From Gammaproteobacteria bacterium (GTDB lineage: Bacteria; Pseudomonadota; Gammaproteobacteria; GCA-001735895), in contig JBPEYE010000392.1 in assembly GCA_052030825.1 (NCBI GenBank), positions 10,012 to 74,011 on the forward strand: a stretch of DNA of 64,000 bases. The letters are read 5' to 3'. The notes under the pieces are model-generated. The model was not told where the DNA came from, did no database searches, and saw only the letters and a program-made list of their open reading frames with translations. This document shows, in pieces, positions 1 through 9,844 of the stretch (position 1 is the stretch's first letter; each line of letters opens with the position of its first letter). Both the position numbers and the translations under genes were made by a program.

Positions 1-160
1 CGAAGATCGCGGTGCCCTGATCGGCGTGGTAGGCACGCACACCCTCGAAACACCCCATGCCGTAGTGCAGCGTGTGCGTCAGTACGTGAACGGTCGCCTC
101 GCGCCACGGCACCATGGCGCCGTCGAACCAGATAAAGCCATCGCGATCGGCCATCGACAT
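1..160 (-). CDS. ilvE: Branched-chain amino acid aminotransferase, N-terminal 53 aa only (the gene continues beyond the window start)
   Basis: The minus-strand translation from the ATG at 160 gives [53 protein letters not shown], the canonical IlvE N-terminus. An AGGAGA Shine-Dalgarno sits 7 nt upstream, inside the glnE 3' end. The glnE-ilvE adjacency matches Pseudomonas. Confidence 0.85.
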   Translation of the reverse strand, partial: MSMADRDGFIWFDGAMVPWREATVHVLTHTLHYGMGCFEGVRAYHADQGTAIF

Positions 161-162
161 CG

Positions 163-2994
163 TCAGTTCTCCTGCTCGCCGAAACACTCGTTCCAGCAAT
201 TCGTTACCCGCTCGAGCTGTGCCGCAATGACCCCGGCATCGACCTCGGCGGCCTGATCCTGCAAAACCGCTTGGTGCAACAGCCGGTGATAGTTTCGGTA
301 GATATCGACCAGTTCCGCGGCCGAGGCCGGAATGCGATTTAACCGCAGCAACGCGTCGAGCAGGCTAATGTTATCAGAACTCAAACAATCGGTGTCAAGA
401 CTATTTGCGTGCAGCAGTACCCAGTACTGGACGAGAAACTCGATATCGACCATCCCGCCCCGCGAGTGCTTGAGGTCCCGGCGCTCATCCTCGGGCGGTC
501 GCTTGTTGCGATAGATCCGCGCGCGCATTTCGGCGACGTCGGCGCGTAGTTTCCCGGCCTCGCGCGGCTGCCTGAGAACCTGCACGCGGACTTCGGCGAA
601 ACGCGCGGCGAGCGCGGCATCGCCGGCGACCGGCCGCGCGCGCACCAGCGCCTGGTGTTCCCAGGTCCAGGCCTTTTCGCACTGGTAGCGCTCGAAAGCC
701 TCAAGCGACGATACCAGCAGTCCCGACGAACCCTCGGGCCGCAGGCGCGAGTCGATCTCGTAGAGCTTGCCCGAGGCGGTCAGGACGCTGGTCATCGAGA
801 TGACCTTTTGCGCGAGCCGCGGAAAGTAGACCGAGTTCTCGATGCACTTGTCGCCGTCGGTATGGGCCGCGTCACCGGTCGAATCGTGAACGAAGATCAG
901 GTCGAGGTCGGAGCTGTAATGCAGTTCTCGACCGCCGAGTTTGCCGTAACCGATAATCGCGAATTCGGCATCCCGAAGTTCACCGTCGATCCGCTGGCAC
1001 GGTCTGCCGTGACGCTTGCCGAGATCCTTGCGCGCCAGCTCCAGCACGGCCGCGAGCACGATCTCGGCGACATCGCTCAGGTAACGCCCGACCTCGACCG
1101 CGTCGATTTCGCCGGCGAGCTCGGCGCCGGCGATGACCAGCGTTTGTTCGCGCTTGAACAAACGCAGGTTATCGAGTTCGAGTTCGGGATCGCCTTCGAC
1201 GTTGGCGAGTTGCTGCAGCAGCCGCGCCTCGAGCTCGGCGCGATCGAACCGACCGCGGTCGGGACGTTGAATCAGATTTTCGAGCAGCATCGGGAAGGAA
1301 GCAACCTCGGTTGCGATCCAGGCGCTCTTGTCGAAGAGCTCGGCGAGCCGTTGCAGCAGCGCCGGGTTTTGCACCAGCAGCTCGAAGTAAACGCTGCGCC
1401 CGGCGATCGCCGCGAACAGGCGCATGAAGCGTTCGAACAGCGAAGCCTGGGCGGTGCTGAACTGAATTCGCGCGAGCAGGTCGGGGAGCAGGCTGTTGAA
1501 GCGTTTCTTGGCCCGCGCCGACATGAATCCCCAGGCCTTCGATGCGATGAAATCGTTGAGTTGCGCGGCGATCGCGGCGGGATCGTCGACGCCGCTGGCG
1601 GCAACGAATTCTTCGCGCCGGGCGTCGCCGGGGGCATCGAGCGTATCATCGAGAATCGTCGCCGACGAATGCTCGGATTCGCGCTTGAACAGCTCGGTGA
1701 AAAACCGGCTGACGGCGTCGCGATGCCGGCGCAAGTCTGCATCGAGCGTTTCCCAGTCGGCGAAATCGAGCGTCGCCGCGATCCTCATGCGGCGCGTCGG
1801 GTCGGTCGGCAACCCGTGGGTTTGTTCGTCGGCGAACATCTGCAGCCGGTTCTCGAGCCGGCGCAGAAAAATGTAGGCATCGCGCAGCGCGGCGACCTGG
1901 TCGCGCGCGACGATGGACTGCGCGGCGAGAGCGTCGAAACAGTCGAATATGCTGCTCGAACGCAACTGGCGATTGCGCCCGCCCCGCAGTATCTGAAACG
2001 CCTGCACGCAAAACTCGATTTCCCGGATGCCGCCCGGACCGAGCTTGATGTTGTCGCGCATGCCGCGACTACGCGCCTGCGCGTCGATCTTGTCTTTCAT
2101 CGACGCCAGCCCCTCGAATACCCGATAGTCGTGGTAGCGGCGATAGACGAAAGGTTGCAGGATCGCTTCGATTGCCGCGCGATCGGCCGCGCTACCGCTG
2201 ACGATACGCGCCTTGACCATGGCGTATTGCTCCCACTCGCGACCGTGCAGCTGGTAGTAGTGCTCGAGCGCGGCATGGCTGAGTACGACCGGTCCGGACT
2301 CGCCCCACGGGCGCAGGCGCAAATCGACGCGGTAAACAAACCCGTCCTCGGTATTGTCGCTGAGCACGCGGGTCAATTGCCGCACCAGTCGGCTGAAATA
2401 CTCCTGGTGGGTCAGCTTGCCGTAGCCGTCGAGCTCGCCATCACTGTCGTAGCAGCAGATCAGGTCGATGTCGGACGAGAAGTTGAGCTCCTGCCCCCCG
2501 AGCTTACCCATCGCGATGAGGTCGAGTTGCATTGGTTCGCCGCGCTCGTCGCGGGGCTGCCCGTGTTTGGCGGCGAGCTCGCGGTGACAGGCATCGAGTG
2601 CGGCCAGGATCAGTCGATCGGCAAGATCGCTCAGGTAGCCAAGAATTTCGCGCAGCGGGGCGCCGGCGACGACATCGAGATAGATAATCGCGACCAGCTT
2701 GCGGTGACGATAACGCCGCAGTGCCGCGCGCAGCTGATCGAGATCAATTCGCTCGCCATCGATGACTTCGATAATCGGTTCGTCGAGGCTGAATTCGTCG
2801 AGTGCCAGCAGCTCGTCGAGCAGGTCCGGATTGCGTCGCAGGCAACGCAGTGCGTAATTGCTGGCAATGGCGAGACGTTCGAAATCGCGGCGGCGGTCGG
2901 CCCCGAGTCCCCGGGTCGCGAGGATCTCGCGCACCGCCTGCCAGTCGCTGTCGCCGTCATCGAGCAGGGCGCCGAGATCGTCACTCCCACTCAT
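163..2994 (-). CDS. glnE: Bifunctional glutamine synthetase adenylyltransferase / adenylyl-removing enzyme
   Basis: A 943-aa ORF with two nucleotidyltransferase-like halves (two GXXXDXD-type regions: [14 protein letters not shown] and [14 protein letters not shown]), typical of GlnE. The stop lies 2 nt before the ilvE start. Confidence 0.93.
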   Translation of the reverse strand: MSGSDDLGALLDDGDSDWQAVREILATRGLGADRRRDFERLAIASNYALRCLRRNPDLLDELLALDEFSLDEPIIEVIDGERIDLDQLRAALRRYRHRKLVAIIYLDVVAGAPLREILGYLSDLADRLILAALDACHRELAAKHGQPRDERGEPMQLDLIAMGKLGGQELNFSSDIDLICCYDSDGELDGYGKLTHQEYFSRLVRQLTRVLSDNTEDGFVYRVDLRLRPWGESGPVVLSHAALEHYYQLHGREWEQYAMVKARIVSGSAADRAAIEAILQPFVYRRYHDYRVFEGLASMKDKIDAQARSRGMRDNIKLGPGGIREIEFCVQAFQILRGGRNRQLRSSSIFDCFDALAAQSIVARDQVAALRDAYIFLRRLENRLQMFADEQTHGLPTDPTRRMRIAATLDFADWETLDADLRRHRDAVSRFFTELFKRESEHSSATILDDTLDAPGDARREEFVAASGVDDPAAIAAQLNDFIASKAWGFMSARAKKRFNSLLPDLLARIQFSTAQASLFERFMRLFAAIAGRSVYFELLVQNPALLQRLAELFDKSAWIATEVASFPMLLENLIQRPDRGRFDRAELEARLLQQLANVEGDPELELDNLRLFKREQTLVIAGAELAGEIDAVEVGRYLSDVAEIVLAAVLELARKDLGKRHGRPCQRIDGELRDAEFAIIGYGKLGGRELHYSSDLDLIFVHDSTGDAAHTDGDKCIENSVYFPRLAQKVISMTSVLTASGKLYEIDSRLRPEGSSGLLVSSLEAFERYQCEKAWTWEHQALVRARPVAGDAALAARFAEVRVQVLRQPREAGKLRADVAEMRARIYRNKRPPEDERRDLKHSRGGMVDIEFLVQYWVLLHANSLDTDCLSSDNISLLDALLRLNRIPASAAELVDIYRNYHRLLHQAVLQDQAAEVDAGVIAAQLERVTNCWNECFGEQEN

Positions 2995-3139
2995 GGTGCT
3001 GGCGTTGAATTTAAATGCGAACTATTATTATTCACATTCGTATTTGACGGCATAATTCGTTGCACTCGAACCCGGCTGGCTGTTTATTGCTTGATCCACC
3101 GACCTGTCGCCGGCTCCCGGAGCCCGAGCATACTAGAAT

Positions 3140-4852
3140 TTGGCGCGCATCGCGCGACCGGCCATGAGCGCGCAGCTCGAGTCGCCGCCGCCCGGCGTCG
3201 TGGCGCGCGCGCCGCGGATCGCGTGGCTGCAACGCCTGTGGCCGCCCGGCGTGTTGCTGGTTGCCGCGTTGTTCAGCCTGCCGATCGTGACGATTGCGAG
3301 CTTCATCGTGCACCCGGCGAGCGATGTCTGGCGCCACCTCGTCGACACGGTACTCGCCGAGTACCTGGTGAATTCGGCGCTGTTGATGTTCGGGGTCGGC
3401 TGCGGCACGCTGCTGATCGGTGTCGGTTGCGCCTGGTTGACGAGCGTCTGTGTGTTTCCGGGCAAACGCCTGTTCAGCTGGGCGCTGCTGTTACCGCTTG
3501 CGTTTCCGGGTTATATCATCGCCTACACCTATACCGGGCTACTCGATTTTGCCGGGCCGCTGCAAAGCGCGCTGCGCGAGGCGACCGGCTGGCATCACGG
3601 CGATTACTATTTTCCCGAGATCCAGTCGCTCGGCGGGGCGATGACGATGCTGTCGCTGGTGTTGTACCCGTACGTCTACCTGCTCGCGCGGGCCGCGTTT
3701 CTCGAGCAGTCGGTGTGCGTGCTCGAGGTTAGCCGCACGCTCGGTTGCTCGGTCTGGGCGAGTTTTTATCGCGTCGCCTTGCCGCTCGCAAGGCCGTCGA
3801 TCGTCGCCGGTTTGTCGCTGGCGCTCATGGAGACGCTGGCGGACTATGGCACCGTGTCCTATCTCGGTCTCGACGTCTTTACCACCGGTATATTTCGGAC
3901 CTGGTTCGGCTTCGGCGACGCCGCCGCGGCGGCCAAGCTGGCCGCAATCCTGCTGCTGTTCGTGTTCACGCTGGTTGTCGTCGAGCGCGCGTCGCGGCGG
4001 CAGGCGCGCTATCACCACGCAACCTACCGCTATCGCAATCTGCCGCAATACCGTCTGCGGGGCTGGCGCGCGGCGGCCGCGTTCGCGCTGTGTTTCGTGC
4101 CGCTGGCGCTCGGCTTTCTGGTGCCGGCAAGCCAGCTCTCGCTGTGGGCGATCGAGACCCACGCGCAGATGGTCGACGCGAGCTTCGTCCGCCTCGCTTT
4201 CAACTCGATCATGCTGGCGCTGTCGGCGGCGTTGCTGGCGGTCGTCGTCGCGTTGTTTCTGGCCTACGGCAAGCGCCTGTTCCGTTCGCCGTCGATCAAC
4301 GCGTCCGTCCGCGTGGTTGCGACCGGCTATGCGCTGCCGGGGACGGTGGTCGCGGTCGGCGTGATCATCCCGTTCGCCTGGTTCGACAATGCGCTCGACG
4401 GCTGGATGCGTGAGCAGTTCGGTATCGCTACCGGCCTGCTGCTTTCCGGCAGCCTGGTTGCGGTCATGTTCGCCTACCTGGTCCGTTTCCTGTCGGTGTC
4501 GATCCAGTCGGTCGAATCCGGCCTTGCCAACATCAAGCTGTCGATGGATGACGCGGCGCGTTCGCTGAAGCTGTCGCCGGCCCAGATCCTGTGGCGCGTC
4601 CACATGCCGTTGATGAAGGGCACACTACTGACCGCGCTCCTGATCGTGTTCGTCGATGTCATGAAGGAACTGCCGGCAACTCTGATTCTGCGCCCGTTCA
4701 ATTTCAACACGCTGGCGGTGCGTGCCTACGAGCTCGCCACCGACGAGCGCCTCGCCGACTCGTCGACCGCGGCGCTGGCGATCGTCGCGGTCGGGCTGCT
4801 GCCGGTGGTGCTGTTGAGCTACAGCATCTCGACGTCGAGGGCCGCTTCGTGA
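3140..4852 (+). CDS. ABC transporter permease with two fused permease domains, iron(III)/FbpB-type
   Basis: A 570-aa polytopic membrane protein. It has duplicated EAA-like permease modules and its size and topology match FbpB/HitB/SfuB. No cognate periplasmic binding-protein gene is present in the window. Confidence 0.85.
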   Translation: MARIARPAMSAQLESPPPGVVARAPRIAWLQRLWPPGVLLVAALFSLPIVTIASFIVHPASDVWRHLVDTVLAEYLVNSALLMFGVGCGTLLIGVGCAWLTSVCVFPGKRLFSWALLLPLAFPGYIIAYTYTGLLDFAGPLQSALREATGWHHGDYYFPEIQSLGGAMTMLSLVLYPYVYLLARAAFLEQSVCVLEVSRTLGCSVWASFYRVALPLARPSIVAGLSLALMETLADYGTVSYLGLDVFTTGIFRTWFGFGDAAAAAKLAAILLLFVFTLVVVERASRRQARYHHATYRYRNLPQYRLRGWRAAAAFALCFVPLALGFLVPASQLSLWAIETHAQMVDASFVRLAFNSIMLALSAALLAVVVALFLAYGKRLFRSPSINASVRVVATGYALPGTVVAVGVIIPFAWFDNALDGWMREQFGIATGLLLSGSLVAVMFAYLVRFLSVSIQSVESGLANIKLSMDDAARSLKLSPAQILWRVHMPLMKGTLLTALLIVFVDVMKELPATLILRPFNFNTLAVRAYELATDERLADSSTAALAIVAVGLLPVVLLSYSISTSRAAS

Positions 4853-5901
4853 CCGCGCGGCTCGACGTCGAAGCGGTGGACGCCGGCTACGATGACCTGC
4901 AGGTGCTGGATCGCATCGGGTTTGCGCTCGAGCCGGGCCAGATCGGTTGCATGCTCGGACCAAGCGGATGCGGCAAGACGACCGTTTTGCGTACCATCGC
5001 CGGCTTCGAGGCGGTCTGGAACGGGCGCATTCTGATCGACGGCGACGAGGTCAGCTCGCGCCGCATCAACCTGCCGCCCGAGCAGCGCAACGTCGGTATG
5101 GTGTTCCAGGATTTCGCGTTGTTTCCGCATCTCAAGGTCGAGGACAACGTCCGCTTCGGCCTGCGCGGTCAGCGCAGCGGCGAGCAGCAGGCCCGCATTC
5201 AGGAAATGCTGGCGATCGTCGGCATGCCGGCCTTCGCCCAGGCCTATCCGCACCAGCTCTCGGGCGGACAGCAACAACGCGTGGCGCTGGCGCGTGCGCT
5301 GGCACCGCGTCCGGACATCCTGCTGCTCGACGAACCGTTTTCGAGCATGGACATCGAGCTTCGCGAACAGCTGGCGCGCGAAGTGCGCAATATTCTCAAG
5401 CAGGAGAACACCACCGCGATTCTCGTCACCCACGACCAGCACGAAGCCTTCGCAATGGCGGATACGATCTGCGTCATGCGCGAAGGCCGTATCGAACAAC
5501 AGGGCAGCGGATATGACCTCTATCATCGGCCGGTCAATCGATTCGTCGCCGATTTCGTCGGCCAGGGCGTCATCATTCCGGCAATCGTCGAAGACGCCAC
5601 CGCGGTACGCACCGACCTCGGCCTGATTCGGGGCCGGGAACCGCTCGACGCGGCGCCCGGTACCACCGTCGATGTACTGATCCGTCCCGACGACGTCCTC
5701 CACGACGATGCCTCGAGCGAATCGGCCGTCGTCGTCGAGAAGGCCTTTCGCGGCGCCGATTTCCTGTATTTTTTGCGCATCGACAGCGGCATCGAGGTCA
5801 TGTGCCTTGCGCCGAGCCACCATAATCATAAAATCAACGAGCGCATCGGCATTCGCCTCGAAGTCGATCACCTCGTTACCTTTGCTCGCAGCGAGACCTG
5901 A
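4849..5901 (+). CDS. ABC transporter ATP-binding protein (FbpC/PotA-like)
   Basis: Walker A (GPSGCGKTT), the LSGGQQQRVALARAL signature, Walker B (ILLLDEPFS) and the H-loop are all present. The GTG start at 4849 overlaps the permease stop (GTGA). The ORF-track start at 4591 is too far upstream, since it overlaps the permease. Confidence 0.9.
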   Translation: MTARLDVEAVDAGYDDLQVLDRIGFALEPGQIGCMLGPSGCGKTTVLRTIAGFEAVWNGRILIDGDEVSSRRINLPPEQRNVGMVFQDFALFPHLKVEDNVRFGLRGQRSGEQQARIQEMLAIVGMPAFAQAYPHQLSGGQQQRVALARALAPRPDILLLDEPFSSMDIELREQLAREVRNILKQENTTAILVTHDQHEAFAMADTICVMREGRIEQQGSGYDLYHRPVNRFVADFVGQGVIIPAIVEDATAVRTDLGLIRGREPLDAAPGTTVDVLIRPDDVLHDDASSESAVVVEKAFRGADFLYFLRIDSGIEVMCLAPSHHNHKINERIGIRLEVDHLVTFARSET

Positions 5902-5903
5902 TT

Positions 5904-6110
5904 ATGTTCAGCAAGATCCTGGTTACGATTGTCGTCATCATGGTGTGCGTGTGGGTGCTCGCCAACCGTGCGGCAAAACGGTCGCCGCTGCGCGAAGTTC
6001 CGAATCCCGCGGTCGAGCGACGCAAGCGAATCCTGCTGCAGGCCGCGTTCGCGTTCATGTTCGTGATGGTCGTGGCCGCGGGGGTAATCGTTTACCTTGA
6101 GATGCAGTAG
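5904..6110 (+). CDS. Small hypothetical membrane protein (68 aa, two predicted TM helices)
   Basis: The ATG lies 2 nt after the ATPase stop, so it is tightly coupled. Two hydrophobic helices are separated by a basic loop. There is no recognisable family. Confidence 0.4.
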   Translation: MFSKILVTIVVIMVCVWVLANRAAKRSPLREVPNPAVERRKRILLQAAFAFMFVMVVAAGVIVYLEMQ

Positions 6111-6145
6111 CGCCAATCGGGCGGGATCGGTGTCTGGGGCTGCGA

Positions 6146-6243
6146 GGGGACAGGTACCGAATTCCCGGGCTGCCGGAGTCACGGTCAATAACGGGACGAG
6201 CCGAGGCGGAATCGGGATCTGAGGGAATTCGGAACCTGTCCCC
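6146..6243. repeat. Long inverted repeat: 21-nt arms (GGGGACAGGTACCGAATTCCC / GGGAATTCGGAACCTGTCCCC, 1 mismatch) around a ~56-nt loop
   Basis: Arms at 6146-6166 and 6223-6243 were read directly from the sequence. The structure lies between the convergent fbpC/small-ORF unit and adk. It is a candidate bidirectional terminator or a structured RNA element. Confidence 0.7.
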
Positions 6244-6284
6244 GATCTTGCTGAGGCGATCCCCCGCGTTCTGCGATTTCGGGT

Positions 6285-6923
6285 CTAGCCGATGCGGGGC
6301 TCGAGTGCGGCCATGACCTGGTCGAAATCCGACGACGGCACGCTGACGAGCAAGCCTTCGTCGCGATAAAAGTCGATCAGGGGCGCGGTTTGTTGCTGGT
6401 AGACCTTGAGCCGGTTTTCGATCGCTTCCTCGGTCTCGTCGTCGCGTTGCACGACCGGGCCGCCGCAAACGTCGCAAACGCCGTCGACTTTCGGCGGCCG
6501 CGTCTTGACGTTATAAATTTCGCCGCAATTGGAACAGGTGCGGCGCGTCGTCAGGCGGTCGATGATGACTTCGCGCGGAATATCGAGCTCGAGCGCGCAA
6601 TCGAGCGTCTCGTCGAGCTCGGCGAGCAACGCCTTGAGCGCGCGCGCCTGGGGCAGGGTGCGCGGAAAACCATCGAGCAGGTAGCCGCGCTGGCAATCCT
6701 CCTGTTGCAGGCGCTCGCCCATGATCCCCATGATCAGTTCGTCGGAGACCAGGTCGCCCGCTTTCATCGCCGCTTCGGCCTGCTTGCCGAGCTCGGTGCC
6801 GGCCGCAACCGCCGCGCGCAGGATATCGCCGGTCGATATCTGCACCGATCCGTCGTGTTCCATCAAGGCCTTGGCGATCGTCCCCTTGCCCGCGCCGGGC
6901 GGGCCCAACAGGATGATTTTCAT
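6285..6923 (-). CDS. adk: Adenylate kinase (zinc-lid type)
   Basis: MKIILLGPPGAGKGT P-loop, and a lid with CSNCG...CDVCG cysteines. The true start is the internal Met (MKIILLG) at 6923, not the track start at 6959. Confidence 0.92.
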   Translation of the reverse strand: MKIILLGPPGAGKGTIAKALMEHDGSVQISTGDILRAAVAAGTELGKQAEAAMKAGDLVSDELIMGIMGERLQQEDCQRGYLLDGFPRTLPQARALKALLAELDETLDCALELDIPREVIIDRLTTRRTCSNCGEIYNVKTRPPKVDGVCDVCGGPVVQRDDETEEAIENRLKVYQQQTAPLIDFYRDEGLLVSVPSSDFDQVMAALEPRIG

Positions 6924-6998
6924 GCGATTCCCCGAAATTGCAGCATCGTGTTCCGCCATTCTCCGGTTTTACCCGGCAATGGCAAGACGCGCGGGGAA

Positions 6999-7436
6999 CT
7001 AGCGCTCGTCGAATCCCTGCAGGGTAATGCTCAGACGACGTTGATGCGGTCGATAGCGATGTTCCCACAGGTAGACGCCTTGCCAGGTCCCGAGCGCCAG
7101 GCGACCATCGCGCAACGGCAGCGTGATTTCGGTCTGGGTCAGGACCGAGCGGATATGCGCCGCCATGTCGTCATCGCCTTCCTGGTCGTGGCGGTATGCC
7201 GGGTCGCCGTCGCGCACCAGCCGGGCGAGGTAATTCTCGAGGTCGTGGCGCACGTCGGGATCGGCATTTTCGGTAATGATCAGCGACGCGCTGGTATGGT
7301 GCAAGAACAGGTGGCACAGTCCGCGCCTGATGCCCGCGGCGCGCACCACCGCGTCGACGTCGGCGGAAATCTCGACCGTTGCGCGACCGCCGGTTGCGAT
7401 CGTGAGGGTTTCCTGGACGAAAAGAGGATGGGTCAA
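6999..7436 (-). CDS. YjbQ/UPF0047 family protein (secondary thiamine-phosphate synthase family)
   Basis: A 145-aa protein with conserved HTSASL...ENADPD motifs of the YjbQ family. Its start overlaps the nadB stop (ATGA). Confidence 0.8.
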   Translation of the reverse strand: MTHPLFVQETLTIATGGRATVEISADVDAVVRAAGIRRGLCHLFLHHTSASLIITENADPDVRHDLENYLARLVRDGDPAYRHDQEGDDDMAAHIRSVLTQTEITLPLRDGRLALGTWQGVYLWEHRYRPHQRRLSITLQGFDER

Positions 7437-9046
7437 ATCGATACCAGCCTGGCCGGTTCGACCCGGTTGCGCGGATCGAGAATCGTCGGCGCGAGAAAAC
7501 GATCGTCGCGTTCGGGATAGTCGAGGGTAAAGTGCAGGCCGCGGCTTTCGCGCCGCGCCAGCGCCGAGCGAATGATCAGTTCGGCGACGACGACGAGATT
7601 GCGCAACTCGAGCAGATCGGCCGATACCTTGTAGTTCCCGTAGTATTCATTGATCTCGCTCTTCAGCAGCTCACTGCGGTGCAGCGCCCGCGCCAGACGC
7701 TTGTTGGTGCGCACGATACCGACGTAGTCCCACATGAAGCGGCGCAGCTCGTCCCAGTTGTGCGAGACGACAATGTCCTCGTCGGAGTCGGTCACCTGTG
7801 ACTCGTCCCAGCGTGCGAGCCGCGGCCGCGCCGCGCCGAGATCGATTTCGGCGGCGATGCTGCGGGCCGCGGCGCGCGAGAATACCAGGCATTCGAGCAG
7901 CGAGTTGCTGGCCATGCGGTTGGCGCCGTGCAGGCCGGTATAAGCCACCTCGCCAACCGCGTAGAGATTGGCCAGGTCGGTATGGCCGTCGAGATCGACC
8001 ATGACGCCGCCGCAGGTGTAGTGGGCCGCCGGCACCACCGGGATCGGCTGGCGGGTCATGTCGATGTCGAATTCGAGGCAGCGTTCGAAAATCGTCGGGA
8101 AATGCGCCTTGATGAAGGCGCGGCTCTTGTGACTGATGTCGAGGTAGACGCAGTCGCTGCCGATGCGCTTCATTTCATGGTCGATCGCGCGCGCGACGAT
8201 GTCACGCGGCGCGAGTTCGGCGCGCTCGTCGAAGCGCGGCATGAATCGCTCGCCGTTCGGCAACAGCAGCCGTCCGCCCTCGCCGCGGACCGCCTCCGAG
8301 ATCAGGAACGACTTGGCCTCGGGATGATAAAGGCAGGTCGGGTGAAACTGGTTGAACTCCATGTTTGCGACGCGACAGCCGGCGCGCCAGGCCATCGCGA
8401 TGCCGTCGCCGGTCGAGCCGTCGGGATTGCTGGTGTAAAGGTAGACCTTGCTCGCGCCACCGGTCGCGAGGATGATCTGGCGCGCACCGCAGGCGTCGAC
8501 GCGCTGGGTGTCGAGATTGAGCGCATACAACCCGACGCAGCGGTCGTCGCTGCGGATCAGATCGATTGCGATGTGCCGGTCGAAAACGCGCACGTTTTCG
8601 CGTTCGGCGACGTGGGCCTCGAGCGTTTGCTGCAAGGCCTTGCCGGTGGCATCCGCGGCGTGCACCACCCGCCGCCGGCTGTGGCCGCCCTCGCGCGTCA
8701 GGTGAAAGCCGCTGCGGCTGACTTCCTGGCGATCGCGCGAGAACGGCATGCCGAGGTCGGCCAGCCACTCGACGCATTCGCGACCGTTGGCGGCGACGTA
8801 TTCGACGACCCGCTGATCGCACAGTCCGGCGCCGGCCTCGAGGGTGTCGCGGCTGTGCGCTTCGATACTGTCATCGGGTTCGAGTACCGCGGAGATGCCA
8901 CCCTGCGCCCAGTAGCTCGATTGCTCGTCGTGCGGCGCCTTGGCAAGCAGCGCGACGTCGAGCGTTGCCGGCAGGTGCAGCGCCGCGCTGAGGCCGGCGG
9001 CGCCCGAACCGATGATGATGACGTCGAAATCGAATTGCTGGCTCAT
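7433..9046 (-). CDS. nadB: L-aspartate oxidase
   Basis: N-terminal FAD dinucleotide fold [15 protein letters not shown], with fumarate reductase/succinate dehydrogenase flavoprotein-like motifs. It is divergent from rpoE, as in Pseudomonas (nadB-algU). Confidence 0.93.
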   Translation of the reverse strand: MSQQFDFDVIIIGSGAAGLSAALHLPATLDVALLAKAPHDEQSSYWAQGGISAVLEPDDSIEAHSRDTLEAGAGLCDQRVVEYVAANGRECVEWLADLGMPFSRDRQEVSRSGFHLTREGGHSRRRVVHAADATGKALQQTLEAHVAERENVRVFDRHIAIDLIRSDDRCVGLYALNLDTQRVDACGARQIILATGGASKVYLYTSNPDGSTGDGIAMAWRAGCRVANMEFNQFHPTCLYHPEAKSFLISEAVRGEGGRLLLPNGERFMPRFDERAELAPRDIVARAIDHEMKRIGSDCVYLDISHKSRAFIKAHFPTIFERCLEFDIDMTRQPIPVVPAAHYTCGGVMVDLDGHTDLANLYAVGEVAYTGLHGANRMASNSLLECLVFSRAAARSIAAEIDLGAARPRLARWDESQVTDSDEDIVVSHNWDELRRFMWDYVGIVRTNKRLARALHRSELLKSEINEYYGNYKVSADLLELRNLVVVAELIIRSALARRESRGLHFTLDYPERDDRFLAPTILDPRNRVEPARLVSI

Positions 9047-9115
9047 GCAGCCTCCGTGGGCGAACCGGACCGAGTATAGTGAAATTCGCCGCCCGCCAAA
9101 ACCTCGACGGGGGCC

Positions 9116-9143
9116 GAACTATTTATAATATAATCAGTCCTTA
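9116..9143 (+). promoter_or_regulatory. Candidate sigma-E (ECF) type promoter upstream of rpoE: GAACTA-N16-TCCTTA-like
   Basis: A GAACT -35-like element at 9116-9121, about 85 nt upstream of the rpoE ATG, in an AT-rich divergent region. The -10 match to the TCNAA/TCTGA consensus is poor, so this is a weak call. Confidence 0.25.
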
Positions 9144-9206
9144 TCTCGGATTTCGGATGATAAAAAATTATTATCTCCGTGATCGGCAATTTAATCAGGG
9201 TAATGA

Positions 9207-9782
9207 ATGGGGACTGATCTGCTTGATGCAGAGTTGGTGAAACGAGTACAAGCGGGAGACACCGGAGCCTTCGATATCCTGGTTCAGAAGTACCAGCATA
9301 AGGTGATCAACCTGATCGGTCGCTTTGTTTCCGACCAGGCGGAATGCCAGGATATCGCCCAGGATGCTTTCGTCAAGGCGTACCGTGCGATCGACAGTTT
9401 TCGCGGCGACAGCCAGTTTTACACCTGGCTGTACCGGATCGCGGCCAACACCGCCAAGAACTACCTGGCCTCGCGCGCGCGCAAGTCTCCGGCCTACGCG
9501 GTCGACGTCGAGGATGCCGAGCATTTCGAGGGCGAATCGCGGCTCAAGGAGTATGCCAACCCGGAAAGCATGTTGCTGACCGAGGAGATCGAGGCAACCG
9601 TGTTTCGCGCGATCGAGCGTCTGCCCGACGATCTGAAGTCGGCGATTACGTTGCGCGAAATCGACGGTTTGAGCTATGAAGAGATTGCCGAAGTGATGAA
9701 TTGCCCGATTGGTACGGTCCGATCGCGAATTTTTCGCGCCCGGGACGTTATCGACAAGGAACTTCGGCCACTGTTAGAGTGA
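9207..9782 (+). CDS. rpoE: RNA polymerase sigma-E factor (sigma-24, AlgU/RpoE)
   Basis: ECF sigma regions 2 and 4 (QDAFVKAYRAIDSFRG; ITLREIDGLSYEEIAEVMNCPIGTVRSRIFRAR) are present. It is followed by rseA/rseB/rseC/degP homologs. Confidence 0.95.
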   Translation: MGTDLLDAELVKRVQAGDTGAFDILVQKYQHKVINLIGRFVSDQAECQDIAQDAFVKAYRAIDSFRGDSQFYTWLYRIAANTAKNYLASRARKSPAYAVDVEDAEHFEGESRLKEYANPESMLLTEEIEATVFRAIERLPDDLKSAITLREIDGLSYEEIAEVMNCPIGTVRSRIFRARDVIDKELRPLLE

Positions 9783-9844
9783 CTAAGTACCGGTTCCGAA
9801 AAAAAACCTTATAATTCTTGATGGTTTGAGGCGAGTTCGAATTA

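Noticed and set aside
26-256. 76-aa plus-strand ORF at the window start.
   Set aside because: - It lies antisense to the ilvE start and the glnE 3' end.
- It has no Shine-Dalgarno and a low-complexity translation.
3021-3040. Fur-box-like AT tract (AACTATTATTATTCACATT) upstream of the iron-type ABC permease.
   Set aside because: - Only ~9/19 matches to GATAATGATAATCATTATC.
- It is indistinguishable from generic AT-rich promoter DNA without a genome-wide motif model.
3077-3092. Sigma-54-like -24/-12 motif TGGCTGTTTATTGCTT upstream of the ABC permease.
   Set aside because: - The GG and GC dinucleotides are separated by 9 nt rather than the required 10, and the flanking positions deviate from the TGGCAC-N5-TTGCA consensus.
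- It is recorded only as a near miss, because glnE/ntr context made it tempting.
655-3732. 1025-aa plus-strand ORF antisense to glnE. Similar very long antisense ORFs: 38073..42317 (+, 1414 aa, antisense to glnD/map), 50995..52872 (-, antisense to bamA), 13735..15432 (-, antisense to lepA), 33080..35212 (-, antisense to the Mo-enzyme), 59298..61169 and 56274..58172 (-, antisense to the giant gene), 43170..44585 and 44029..45237 (-, antisense to rpsB/tsf).
   Set aside because: - These are typical stop-codon-depleted antisense frames of a ~65% GC genome.
- Their translations are Arg/Ala/Gly-rich low-complexity sequence with no domain signatures.
- The opposite strand carries unambiguous conserved proteins in each case.
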